From Lama glama (taxonomy: Eukaryota), in the NCBI GenBank assembly GCA_028534125.1, contig CM052832.1, positions 14,324,001 through 14,388,000 of the forward strand: a DNA stretch of 64,000 nt, in the 5' to 3' direction. Position numbers and translations under genes: made by a program. This document shows, one piece after another, positions 53,250 to 64,000 of this stretch. The notes under the pieces were generated by a model. That model ran no database searches. It had not been told where the DNA came from and saw only the letters and a list, made by a program, of their open reading frames with translations. Numbering within the stretch: position 1 is the first letter of the stretch; each line of letters opens with the position of its first letter.

Positions 53250-54620
53250 AAAATTAATAGACCATTTTTTAGAACAGTTTATTTTTACAAAAAATGATGG
53301 AAAATACAGAGAGTTCTCACCTTCTTACTTTTCTCCAGCAGTTTCCTGTTACCTACATCTTATATTAGCGTGGTATATTTGTTACTATTGATCCAGTATG
53401 ATTATATTATTAACTCAAGTTTACATTGGGGTTCAATTTTTGTGTTATGTATTCTATGGGTTTTGAAAATCTATAATGACATGTAGTCATCATTTCTGTT
53501 ATCATACAGAGTAATTTCACTGCCCTAAAAATCCGATGTGTTTTACATATTTGCCCTTCCCTTCCTCTCCCTGAAGCCCTTGGCAACCACTGATCTTTTT
53601 ACTGTCTTCATAGGTTTTCAGAATTTCTTATAGTTGGAATCATACAGCATGTAGCCTTTGCAGATTGGCTTCTTTCATTTAGCAATATGCACTTAAGTTT
53701 CTTCCATGTGTTTGAGGGGCTTGCTAGCTCATTTCTTTTTAGTGCTGAATAACATTCCATTGTCTGGATGTACCACAGTATATTTATCCGTCACCTACAG
53801 AATGACATCTCGGTTGCTTCCAAATTTTGGCAGTTATGAATAAAGCTGCTATAAATGTCCATGTGCACGTTTTTGTGTGGCCATGTTTTTGGCTCCCTCA
53901 CTTAAATACCAAGGGGTGCCATTGTTGGATTGCATGGAAAGAGTATGTTTAATTTTGTAAGAAACTGCCAAGCCATCTTCCAGAGTGGCTGTACCATTTA
54001 GCATTCCTACCAGTTCCTATGGCTCCATGTGCTTGTGAGCATTTGGTGTTGTCAGTGTTTTGGATTTGGGCCATTCTAATAGGTGTGTAGTGGTACCTCA
54101 TTGTTACTTTCATTTATAATTCCCTAATGAGATGTGAGGTTAAACATATTTTCATATGCTTATTTGCCATCTGTATTTCTACTTTGGTTCAGATCTTTTC
54201 CTGTTTTAAAATTGGGTTGGTTTCTTATTGTTGAGTTTTAAGAGTTCTTTGTATATTTTGATATAGTCCTTTATCAGATGTGTGTTTTGCAAAGATTGTA
54301 GCTTGTCTTCTCATTCTCTTTAAGTGTCTCTCACAGAGCAGTTTTTAATTTTAATGAAGTCCAACTTACCAATTTTTTCTTTCATGGATCTTGCTTTTGG
54401 TGTTGTATCTAAAATGTTGTTGCCAAGCCCAAGGTCACCTAGATTTCTCCTGTTACCTTCTGAAAGTTTTAGAGTTTTATGTTTTACATTTAGGTCTGTG
54501 ATCTATTTGTGGAAGCTATAAGGCCTATATTTAGATTCATCTTTTTGCATGTGTGTCCAGTTATTCCAGCACCATTTGTTGAAAAGACTGTCCTTTTTAA
54601 TTGAATTGCTTTTACTACCT
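53250..54620 (-). mobile_element. L1 3' portion (antisense, TCP11 intron 3)
   Basis: ggcaaccactgatcttttt..cattccattgtctggatgtaccacag..gaataaagctgctataaa..ttgttgagttttaagagttct..ccagcaccatttgttgaaaagactgtc. Confidence 0.9.
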
Positions 54621-55217
54621 CTTTTTTTTTTAAGGGGGTAAAAGACTGATATTTCTGACTTCTGTGAGTGGCCACATGGTAGTGCCACTGAGGTTGGGAA
54701 TACAGGAGGAGCAGGTTTGGAGAGGAAGATAGTGAATTCAGTTTTAGACCTGCTGATTTGGGAGTATCTACAGATAATCGGGTGTTATCACAGAAGGAAA
54801 TCCCTTTCCTAGATTTTACATCTACAAGACAATGAAAGATCATTTAGTTCATTGTTATATGTATACATAAAGGGAAACTAAGTCTCATCTTTTCTAGGCT
54901 AAAGGCAGAATCAGTGTTAAAGTTCCGCCTGACCTCTGTTCAGCTTTCTTCCTAGCAAGGGGAGGGCTGCTCTGGAACCTGCTGAGCCCTTCTCAGAGGC
55001 AGTGCTTGGGCCCCTGACATCCAGGTCTAGCCCCAGCTTGTTAACTCTGCTGACATCCAGACATAGCTCCTGGCTTTCCTCTGTCAGTGTAATGTTTTGG
55101 GTTTTGGGTTTTTTTTTTTTTTGTTATATCAAATGTTATTTGGGGTTTAGGAGATAATGACCTTATAGCAGTTTCTGAGTAGAGAAAAAAGTAATGGTTC
55201 ATTTGGCCCTCTTACAG

Positions 55218-55338
55218 TCTGGAAGGCAGAGTCAAGGAGACAATACACAATGCCTTTTGGGATCATCTGAAAGAGCAACTATTAGCTACTCCCCCAGACT
55301 TCAGCTGTGCTCTTGAACTTCTAAAAGAAGTTAAAGAG
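55218..55338 (+). CDS. TCP11: TCP11 exon 4
   Basis: cttacag|T LEGRVKETIHNAFWDHLKEQLLATPPDFSCALELLKEVKE |gtaagt; phases consistent; TCP11-family AFWD motif. Confidence 0.95.
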
Positions 55339-55467
55339 GTAAGTGACCAACTTTCCATTTGTAGACATCCCCAGCTTACTGGAATGTCAGTGGCTAGCAA
55401 ATCCTAACAGAACATGGTCCATAAATCAGTCAGTCTAATCAAGAGATGGAAATCACATAGTAATTTC

Positions 55468-55769
55468 TTTTTTTTTTTCCTTTTTCAGTTTTATTAGGTA
55501 AAATTCTTACGGTTTGACTGCATACATACATTATATTGCATGTAAATACATATATACAATATACTGCACTTTTTTTAGTTTACATATATGTACTGATTAT
55601 TTCTAAGAACAGATTAGAACTTTAGCTTTTTAAATGTAGTTATCAAAGAATAAAGCCAGCCACAAAATAAGAATCAACAGAATGTGGTAATCCAGTCATA
55701 AAGGACAGTCAAATATGCTTACACATACTCAAGAAATCAGTCATCTAAGTTATAAAAAGTAGTTCATTT
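55468..55769 (-). pseudogene. Probable retrocopied mRNA 3'UTR fragment (source gene not identified)
   Basis: Poly(T) then ttttatt (AATAAA on minus), ~300 bp unique AT-rich sequence, flanked by 16 bp TSD atcaca(t/c)agtaatttc at 55452-55467 and 55770-55785. Confidence 0.7.
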
Positions 55770-56197
55770 ATCACACAGTAATTTCAACAAGGAACTTTTA
55801 ATATAAAAATTATTATAACAAGGAATTGGAGAAATGAAGGTTTGGATTAGTAAGAAGCAAAGAAAACTCTACTGGAATATCCCATTCAAGGAGAACCCAC
55901 CATACAACTAGGGCTGAGTTACAACACCCAAGGATTCGGTTCTTTGAAAGGCTCGGCTGTGCCAGGGGAAGCTGCTGGCCTGCATGTGCTGCTAAGCACC
56001 AGGCACTGCAGGAGCTGGGTGCTGGAGTAGTCGCTTGTGCTGCGGAGCCTGGCACTGCCTGCAGGAGCCCAGCACCCGAGAAGCCCCTCAGGCTGTAGGA
56101 GCCAACTGCTGGCAGAGCCATGCAGACTACAGGAGCCTGCCATGGCGCATTCCAGAACCAGGAGGAAAAGCTCTTGCCTTTTGCAATCTTTCTACGG

Positions 56198-56757
56198 TGT
56201 GGTAGACACACACTAAGGTGACCCCTAGTGATCCCTCGTATAATCCTCTCTCCTTGAGTGTGAATGAGACCTGTAACTTGCCTTTAATCAATAGAATCTG
56301 GCAAAGATGATGGGAGGTCACTCCGAGGACTGTGTTTCATTATGTAAGAACTTCGCAGACTGGAGAACTTCCAGCTGGCCTCGAAAAAGCAAATGGTATG
56401 CTGTGAACTGCTTATGGAGAGGGCCACATGGCAAGGAAATGCAGGTGGTCTCTAGGACCTGCAGGCAGCATCCAACCAACAGCTGGTAAGAAGCCGGGGC
56501 CTTCAAGTATACAGCTGTAAAGAAATGAATTCTGTCAACATTGCGAATGAGTTTGGAAACAGATCCTTCCCCAGTTAAGTTTCCAAATGAGAACACAGCC
56601 AGCCAACACCTTGACTGCGACCTTACAAGATCCTGAACAGAGGATCTGGTTAAACTGTTTCTGGACTCCTGACCCACAGAAACTGAGATACCAAATGTAT
56701 ATGCTGCTTTAAGCCCCTAGTTTGTGGTAACTTGTTACGCAGCACAGAAAACTACTT
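56198..56757 (+). mobile_element. MaLR LTR (MLT1E-like) nested in the ERVL 3' LTR
   Basis: tgtggtagac..ctccttgagtgtg..caatagaat..ggagagggccacatggcaagga..gactcctgacccacagaaactgagat..gtttgtggtaacttgttacgcagca. Confidence 0.85.
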
Positions 56758-58249
56758 AATGGTGCCATCTACAAATGAAGCTGAAAATTGTGCCATGTGG
56801 TAAAGGAAAAATACTTAAAGGACTTAGTCCATTTTCTCAGAGCAGAGAAAAGAAGGATGGATTTTAAGAGGATTTGAGAGGCAGTAAATTGATAAATGTC
56901 ACATTCCATTCCTTTGGCTACTCAGCTTCCATATTCACCCTTCTTACACACATTCGAATTCCTGAAAAGAACCCTGTCATTACCTAATAAGACATGGCTA
57001 TCTGTCCTACAAGTTTCATCCTTTCTTCTAAATGGGACTCACAGTTTCAACAGTTGTTATATCCAGTGCTGTCTGTAATATTCCACAAACTCAGTCACGG
57101 TCACACTGAACCTTCTGTTACCTACAGGCCAAATTGTAAAGTTAACTTCCAACAACCTATCTATAAAATAATGGAAGGAGAGAGTAGAAAATGGTTAGCA
57201 TGTACAGATAAACCCATGCCTGTAACAAGCAAAGGGAAAATCTGTGGTTTTGTTTCTGCAATTGGTCAAAGGCTATAGTTGATACCGTGGCTTCCTTTTA
57301 CTATCCATTCCGTATTCCCCTGTCCTCAGCTGTTGAGGTCCTTTACCTGGCAGAGTGTCCCAAACCTTCACTGCCAAAGAGTCAGAGTCCTCGGGCGTTT
57401 CGCTTTTGTTGTTTGTATGCTGTGGTTTTCCATTAACATTTATTGTTGGGTACGGAAGGACCAAGAGGCACCGCAGGATCTTCTGGGTTCCAGACGCAGT
57501 CCTTGCCCCACTGTGTAGCAGCAACCTGCTTTCTCCTTGGTACTCAGGAGCGGTTACTCTCATCAGTAGAGTATCTCCTTTTGACCTCGTTGGTCCAGTG
57601 GCACAGGGAGCCCCAAGTGACCTGGGGGCAGTCTCATCTTCACATTCACTGGAACCAGTGCAAGCATTCCTCCCAAATCAGCAGAGCCCATAGTTGTCAG
57701 GGTGGGAAACGTAAATTCTGTGAACAGGTTATTAGGTATAATCGTGAGAGGGACCAGTCTTACTTTCACTCCTTGATTCCTGGGACCGTGTATTCTGGCT
57801 TTGGGGACCAGCGCTGTATATTGGTTTTGATGCAAAGCATATATTTATTGCACCTTGTAAGATAGAGCCTCTTCCTTTCAGGATATTGTCTCTCAATGCT
57901 GTAATTGAGTCTTTAATAAGCCATTCCACTTTGCAGTTAAGACCAGTCGATTCTCCATTGGGAGGTGTGGGTATGAGCCCATTGCTGCCACTTTCTTGGC
58001 TGTAAAATGAATTCCTGGATCAGATACATTTCTATGGGGCATGCCAGGACCCAGGCATTCTGTGAGCATGTGGATGTCAGTGCTAACAGAAGTACTGCGG
58101 ACAGGGAAGATAGTCCATATCCAGAACGTATGTCTAGTCCATCGAGGATGAATCTCTATCTCTCAACGATGGAGGAGGGCCAAAGAAAGTGTCTGCTACT
58201 AGGTGGCTGGCTGATCCTCCCTGGGAATGGTGCCACACTGTACACTTAG

Positions 58250-59601
58250 TTTAAAATTTTTAAAATTATGTTAAACATAAAATTTTTTTACCATTTTAAT
58301 AATTTTAAGTGTTAAAATTCAGGGGCATTAAGTACATTCACAGTGTTGTGCAGCCATCACTGCTCTCTACTTCCAGAATGTTTTCATCTTTCTGTACAGA
58401 CACTCTACCCATTAAACAATAAACTCCTTGTACCCCTCTTCCCCCAGTGTCTGGTAGCCTCTATTTTACCTTCTGTCTTTCTGAATTTGACTACTTTGGG
58501 TACCTCATATAAGTGGAATCATGCAACATTTGTCCTTTTGCATATGGCAACTTTCATTTAGCATAATGTTTTCAGGGTTCATCCACACTGCAGTGCGGAT
58601 CAGAATTTCATTCCTTTTTATGGTTGAATAATATTCCATCATATGGGTATACCACATTTTGTTTATCTTTTCATTTGTTGATGGATGTTTGTGTTGTTTT
58701 TACATTTTTGCTATTCTGAGTAGTGCTCTGAATATTCATGTACAAGTCTCTGTTTGAACATCTTTTCTCTTACATTCTTTTGAGTATATCCCCAGGAGTG
58801 GAATTGCTGAGTCATAGGGTCGTTCTGTTTAATTTGTTGAGAAACCGCTGTGGCTTACCATTTTACATTCCCACCAGTAATGTATGAGGGGTCTGATTTC
58901 TCCACATTTTCACTTATTTTTCAACGTTTATTTTCCTTTAAAAAAAACTGCAGACATCTTAGTGGGTACAAGGTGGAATCCCACTGTGGTTTTGATTTGC
59001 ATTCCCCTGATGCTCGTGATGTTGAGTGTCTTCCTGTGCTTGATGCCGTCTTACAGGTCTTCTTTGTTTACTCAGGTCCTTTGCCCATTTTATAATTGAG
59101 TTGTCTTTTTGTTGTTGAGTTATAAGAGTTCTTTAGATATTCTGGATACTTGTGTTAAAATGATTTGCAAATATTTTTTTCCATTCTGTGGGTAGTCTTT
59201 TTCTTGATAGTGTCCTTTGATGCACAAAAGTTTTAATTTTAGTGAAGTCCAATTTATCCAGTCTATGGTTGCTACTGCTTTTGGTGTCATATCTTGCCAA
59301 ATCCAAGATTATGAAGATTTATCCCTATGTCCTTCTAAGAGATTCAGAATTTTAGCTCTTATGTTAATTAAGGTCTTTGATCCGTTTTGAGTTAATTTTT
59401 TTTATATGGTGTAAGGTAAGGTTCAACTTCATTCTTTTGCATATGGATATCCAGTTTCCTCAGCACCATTTTTTGAAAAGATTGTCCTTTCCCCACTGAA
59501 TGGTCTTGGCATTGTTTTCAAAAATGATTTGACCATATATGCAGGTTTTACTTCTGGGCTCTCTGTTTTAGTCTGCTCTATGTGTCTGTCCTAGTACCAG
59601 T
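58250..59601 (-). mobile_element. L1 3' portion nested in ERVL pol
   Basis: ggcattaagtacattcacagtgttgtgcagccatca..acctcatataagtggaatcat..ccagtttcctcagcaccatt..ttgaccatatatg; ERVL sequence resumes on both sides. Confidence 0.88.
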
Positions 59602-61305
59602 ATATGCTTGGGGTCTCATGGGCCATTTTCATCTGATGATGGATTGCTGTGCAGCATGTCCAATCTTGTGGCTAGGTAGGTCAGACAACATTACCTGGTG
59701 TCCTATGGTGAGGTGTTTACTTTCTGCGAAGGCCCAGGAGGAAACCAGAAGCTGTTTCTCAAAAGGCAAATAGTTATCTGCAGAAGAGGGCATAGATTTG
59801 CTCCCAAATCCTAGAAGTCTGTGCTGTGATGCTTCTGTTGTTGCTTGCCAGAGGCTCCGTACAGCATCCTTACTTGCCAGGGACACTTCAGGTATCCTTG
59901 AGTCTGCTGGATCAGAAGGCCTAAATGGTAGAGTGGCTTGTACAGCAGCCTGAACTTGCTCAGAGCCTAGTCTTACTCTGGTTCCACTTGAAACTGGCAA
60001 CCTGGTGAGTAACTCTCCATAAGTGCTGCAGGAGCAAACTCAACGTGGTGTATGTTGCTTTGAAAATCCAGAGCCCAACCAGTGTTGTGGTTTTTTTTTT
60101 TTTCTGTGAGGTTGGTTTAAGGTGTAGCAATTTACCTGTCACCTTGGAGGGGATAGCTGACACCTTCAGACCACTGAAACTCTAGCAACTTCACTGAGGT
60201 GATAGGCTCCTCAATTTTTGTAGGGATTATCTGCCATTCTCTAGTTTGCATGTTTTTCTAAAGCATCTAAAGTACTTGCTACTTCCTGCTCATCCAACCT
60301 AGTCGCCGTGTGGCCATTTGAGCTCAAACTTCACTTATGGTACCAATTTTGCATCAGTGAGGGACCAGTCAGGTGAAAGGAACCACATAGTAATTTGAAC
60401 AGAGAGAAGTTGCTGTGCTGCGGAGCCTGCTGAGAGGAGGACCCCAGAGCCAGGGAGGAAGACCTCGTCTTCTTGCAGGGCTCTCACTAGCACCCTCTAC
60501 CAGCAGAACTTAAACATGGGCCAGCCGGCAAAGGCTCAATACTTAAAGGGCCCAGCTCCACTTTCACAGAGATGGCACTGAGGGGTAGATTGGAACTGGG
60601 AGGCTCCAGATTGACAACTGGCATAGTTTGTCATTTAAATCGATAGTATGGAGCAACTTTTATTTAAGATGAAGCTGACTGTTGGGATCTTGCTGTGACA
60701 ACACAATATTCCATTAAATTAAGCAGCCCTAAAAAAAAAAAAAACTGCTGGAAAAATGAAAAAACAAAAACAGCAAACCACCCCCCCCAGCCCTATCCCT
60801 CACTACCACCCTGTTCTGGGTGTTACAAAGGCACAGAGATGAATGAGTCTCTGTCCACAGGGAACTTATATTTCTGGGTTAATAGACTATTTCAAAGGAC
60901 TCTTAACAGTTCCTTTGCTTGTTTCATCCTTGCCCTGTGAAGTAAAATATCAGAAATGCTTGCTTTGGTAAGTTAAGAGTACCTCATCACCATGTGACAG
61001 TGTGCATTTTATGTTTGTTGTACCTTGTGTTTCTTTTTACCATACTTCTTGGTTTTGCTCATCTCTGTATCTCGTTCTACATAGAAAATGATACACTACT
61101 GCTATCGCTGATCCCCTAAAGCCTTGAACTATCATTAGCCCCTAAACAATGATAAATAACATCCTGTAGGAAATTTAGGGACCAGACTTCTTGATCCTTA
61201 AAAGACACAGGCTGGGATATCTTTGGCTAAAGGTGCTGTCCACTAGAGAAAGGCTGGGGCTCTAAACAGAACACAGCTCCTTCTATGACTTTCTTTCCTG
61301 GGCAG

Positions 61306-61526
61306 ATCTTGCTGTCCCTGCTGCTGCCACGCCAGAACCGCCTACGAAGTGAGATAGAAGCAGCCCTGGACATGGACCTCCTCAAGAAGGAAGCAGAACG
61401 TGGGACCCTGAATGTCCCTCATCTCTCTAAGTACATTCTCAACATGATGACTTTGCTGTGTGCACCAGTTCGAGATGAAGCAGTGCAGAAACTGGAGAAC
61501 ATCACAGACCCTGTTCGCTTACTGAG
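61306..61526 (+). CDS. TCP11: TCP11 exon 5
   Basis: ggcag|ILLSLLLPRQNRLRSEIEAALDMDLLKKEAERG...LLCAPVRDEAVQKLENITDPVRLL AG|gtgtga; CAPxRD motif. Confidence 0.96.
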
Positions 61527-62224
61527 GTGTGAGACTTGACTGCTGTTTCTTGAAACCTGCCTCACCCCCTGGGCCAGGCACTGGGTCGCAGCCTCTGTCT
61601 GGGCTGGCGCTTCCCTGCTGAAGACCTGACTAACTCCTCTTTTCTCTGGCCTGTTAGCTTTTCTTTTCCAAAGATGGCCTTAGATTGATCAGGCCCCCTG
61701 TGTATCATCCTACCATAAATCACTGGAGTATGAAATCCTTTATTCCAAGGAATTCAAACCTCCCTTTCTCAGGTTTTCTCGTTGCAGTTCACACAATGAG
61801 GGGACAAGGATGGGAGGTTATCCCTTTTTCATAGCTATAGAAACCAAGACCCAGAAAATGGAAAAAAAAAAAAGTGGCCCCAGAATATTGTCAGAAATAG
61901 CATCACCTCTAACCTGACTTCCCAGGGAGATTTGCTGGCATGCTGGTATGTCTCCTTCCAGTGACTGCCTTTCTTAAGAGACAACAGAATGGCCGTTGTG
62001 GAACAGTCTGAAGGCCTCAAGGTCCAGAGACTTCTCTGTTCCCAGCTCTGCCACTCACTGTCTCAGGGCCTTGGGTCCTGGACCACAGTGCCAGGAGGCA
62101 GGACTGAGTTGGTTTTAAAGCCCCTCCTGACTCCAGATTACAGTGACTGAATGTGCCGTGGGTAGGTTCCCCTCTCATTGGATTTCCTTTCCTTGTATAA
62201 ATCTCCCATTTCCTCCTGTGCCAG

Positions 62225-62361
62225 AGGGATCTTCCAGGTTCTGGGCCTGATGAAAATGGACATGGTGAACTACACTATCCAGAGCCTTCAGCCCCAACTG
62301 CAGGAACATTCCATTCAGTATGAACGAGCTAAATTCCAGGAACTCCTCAACAAGCAGCCTC
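62225..62361 (+). CDS. TCP11: TCP11 exon 6
   Basis: gccag|A GIFQVLGLMKMDMVNYTIQSLQPQLQEHSIQYERAKFQELLNKQP C|gtacgt. Confidence 0.96.
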
Positions 62362-62616
62362 GTACGTATATGACTTGAGGGCAGGAGTGGGAAATAAGAC
62401 TTAGTCTGACTTTTATGACTTGAGAGAGTATTCTGCCGCTTTGAGGAACAGAAAGTTTCTTCCTCAAGTAGGGGTGGCAGAAAGAAGAGTAATCTAAGCC
62501 AGAAAGACCCCCCACCAAGTACTTACTTATCAAGCAGGAGGGCGTCTTGCACCTTAGTTTTGAAGCCTCGGGGATGCAGATGCTGAGGGTGCTCGCACAT
62601 GCTCTTCCTGTCACAG

Positions 62617-62834
62617 GCCTCCTCGATCACACCACCAAATGGCTGGCCCAAGCGGCGGCAGACCTCTCCATGCCGCCTCCCTCCTGCCCGGACACTCCCA
62701 ACTCCTCCAATGGGGCCAGCTCCTCTCCAAGCGAAGCAGCCATCAGCCCGGAGCCCCTCAGCCCTGCGATGGTCCTGTCCCAGGGCTTCCTGAACCTCCT
62801 CCTCTGGGACCCTGAAGATGAAGAGTTCCCGGAG
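62617..62834 (+). CDS. TCP11: TCP11 exon 7
   Basis: tcacag|GC LLDHTTKWLAQAAADLSMPPPSCPDT...VLSQGFLNLLLWDPEDEEFPE|gtagga. Confidence 0.96.
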
Positions 62835-62925
62835 GTAGGACTTGTGGGGCATTGCCCTGTGGTCAGAGTCAGGACTTCCACGAGGACCTTCCTCTCCTGA
62901 CAGCCTGCTCTGCCTTCTTCCCCAG

Positions 62926-63107
62926 ACCCTGCTGATGCATAGAGCCCGGCTGCAGGAGCTGGAGGCCCAGCTGAACCAGTTAACCATCCTGGCCTCAGTC
63001 TTGCTAGTGGCCAGCAGTTTCTCTGGCAGTGTTCTGTTTGGCTCACCTCAATTTGTGGATAAGCTGAAACGTACAATCAAAGCCCTGATGGAGGAGTTTA
63101 ACTCCAG
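62926..63107 (+). CDS. TCP11: TCP11 exon 8
   Basis: ccccag|TLLMHRARLQELEAQLNQLTILASVLLVASSFSGSVLFGSPQFVDKLKRTIKALMEEFNS AG|gtgagg. Confidence 0.96.
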
Positions 63108-63845
63108 GTGAGGTGCATGGATCTTTTTTTAGAGTAATGATGGGTGGTTTGAGGACCCAAGCAGATAATGAAGGATTGCTTATGTTCCACCAGAAACCAC
63201 AGAAACGGTCCTTTGGAACCATCCACAAAGATTGTTCATATCTTTCCATAAGTGGTCTTGAGGCTTATGACAAAGAAAAATAAAACTTTCTTCCAAAAGG
63301 GTAGTATGGAGGACAGTTTACTACAAAACGATTCATTACCTTGTTTGCTATGAAGGAGTCCTGATCTAGTTGAGTGGTCTGGTCATAAGTGTATCTAGGA
63401 GTTGACCAGTCAGCATTATTGATTGAATATCCACTGAATGCAGGGTGTCACCCCAAAAGGAAAAGAGGCATCAGAAGGCCAGGTTTGTCATTGTAGTTGG
63501 TGAGAGTAGGACAAACGACCATGGAAGATGCCCAAGAAAGTGTTAGAAATGTGTATGTGAAAATAAATTCCATGGGGCTAAAATATACTGATGGATAGCA
63601 AGCTCCTGTCCAGAGCTGAATTTATATAATTAATCTTGTTTTCTAAGAAGAACATGGTAACATATATAGAGAAAAGTCAGTATCGAGAGGGTGATAGTGA
63701 AGACACTGAGCCTACCCACTGGGCTCTGTGCTCCCAGGGCCTAGAGTGAGGGCAGGAGGATGGGTGGGGGCCCAGCCTCTGGTACAGAGCTTCCCGGACT
63801 CAGGGCCACCCCTTGGGTACCAACTCACTCTCCTTCATGGTCTAG

Positions 63846-64000
63846 GCCTGAGGAGGAGGCTATGGTGACTGTGAGTGAACAGGTGTCTCAGGAAATCCAT
63901 CAAAGCCTCAAGAACATGGGCCTTGCTGCTCTGAGCAGCGACAACACCGCATCTCTGATAGGACAGCTCCAGAATGTCGCCAAGAAGGAGAACTGTGTCC
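63846..64000 (+). CDS. TCP11: TCP11 exon 9 (cut by window end)
   Basis: tctag|G PEEEAMVTVSEQVSQEIHQSLKNMGLAALSSDNTASLIGQLQNVAKKENCV; open to 64000. Confidence 0.94.

Larger units (their letters stand above)
55422..60623 (-). mobile_element. Degenerate ERVL-class provirus with two LTRs (5' LTR ~60350-60623; 3' LTR ~55422-56903, interrupted)
   Basis: Minus-strand ORF remnants 59629-60000 (QVQAAVQATLP..DAVRSLWQA..LLGFGSKSMPSSADNYLPFEKQLL) and 57273-57929 (ARIHGPRNQGV..RLPPGHLGL..PEYQGE..LLLH) resemble ERVL pol/dUTPase. Both LTRs share atcagt..cacatagtaatt near their left end and ttga(t/c)aa..ca at their right end. PBS-like tggtacca at 60338-60345; PPT-like ttccattcctttgg at 56904-56917. Confidence 0.82.

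Noticed and set aside
57273..60163. ERVL pol ORFs as a domesticated or active gene
   Set aside because: Fragmented by frameshifts, deletions and an L1 insertion; longest piece ~123 codons.
62523..63076. Minus-strand ORFs of ~150 aa overlapping TCP11 exons 7-8
   Set aside because: Antisense shadows of GC-rich coding exons; no independent support.

Overview
Mammalian genomic DNA, most likely camelid (alpaca/camel), inferred from Vic-1-type tRNA-Ala-derived SINEs and camelid-style L1 3' ends. Two genes point away from each other. SCUBE3 is on the minus strand: only coding exon 1 (3930-4014, signal peptide) is present, inside a CpG island, and 1-3929 is intron 1. TCP11 is on the plus strand: CpG-island promoter and non-coding exon near 47.0-47.2 kb, then eight coding exons from 47484 to the window end, all joining in frame at GT-AG sites. 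The ~42 kb between them is repeat-rich (L1, L2, MIR, hAT transposons, MaLR LTRs), has a 500-N gap, and contains several unique patches rich in homeodomain/FOX motifs. I see no novel multi-gene system. The most interesting points are an antisense L1 tail at the TCP11 exon 3 acceptor that may supply a new in-frame splice site, a two-LTR degenerate ERVL provirus filling TCP11 intron 4 with nested insertions, and two probable 3'UTR-only retrocopies. Gene and repeat names come from remembered sequences, not database searches.
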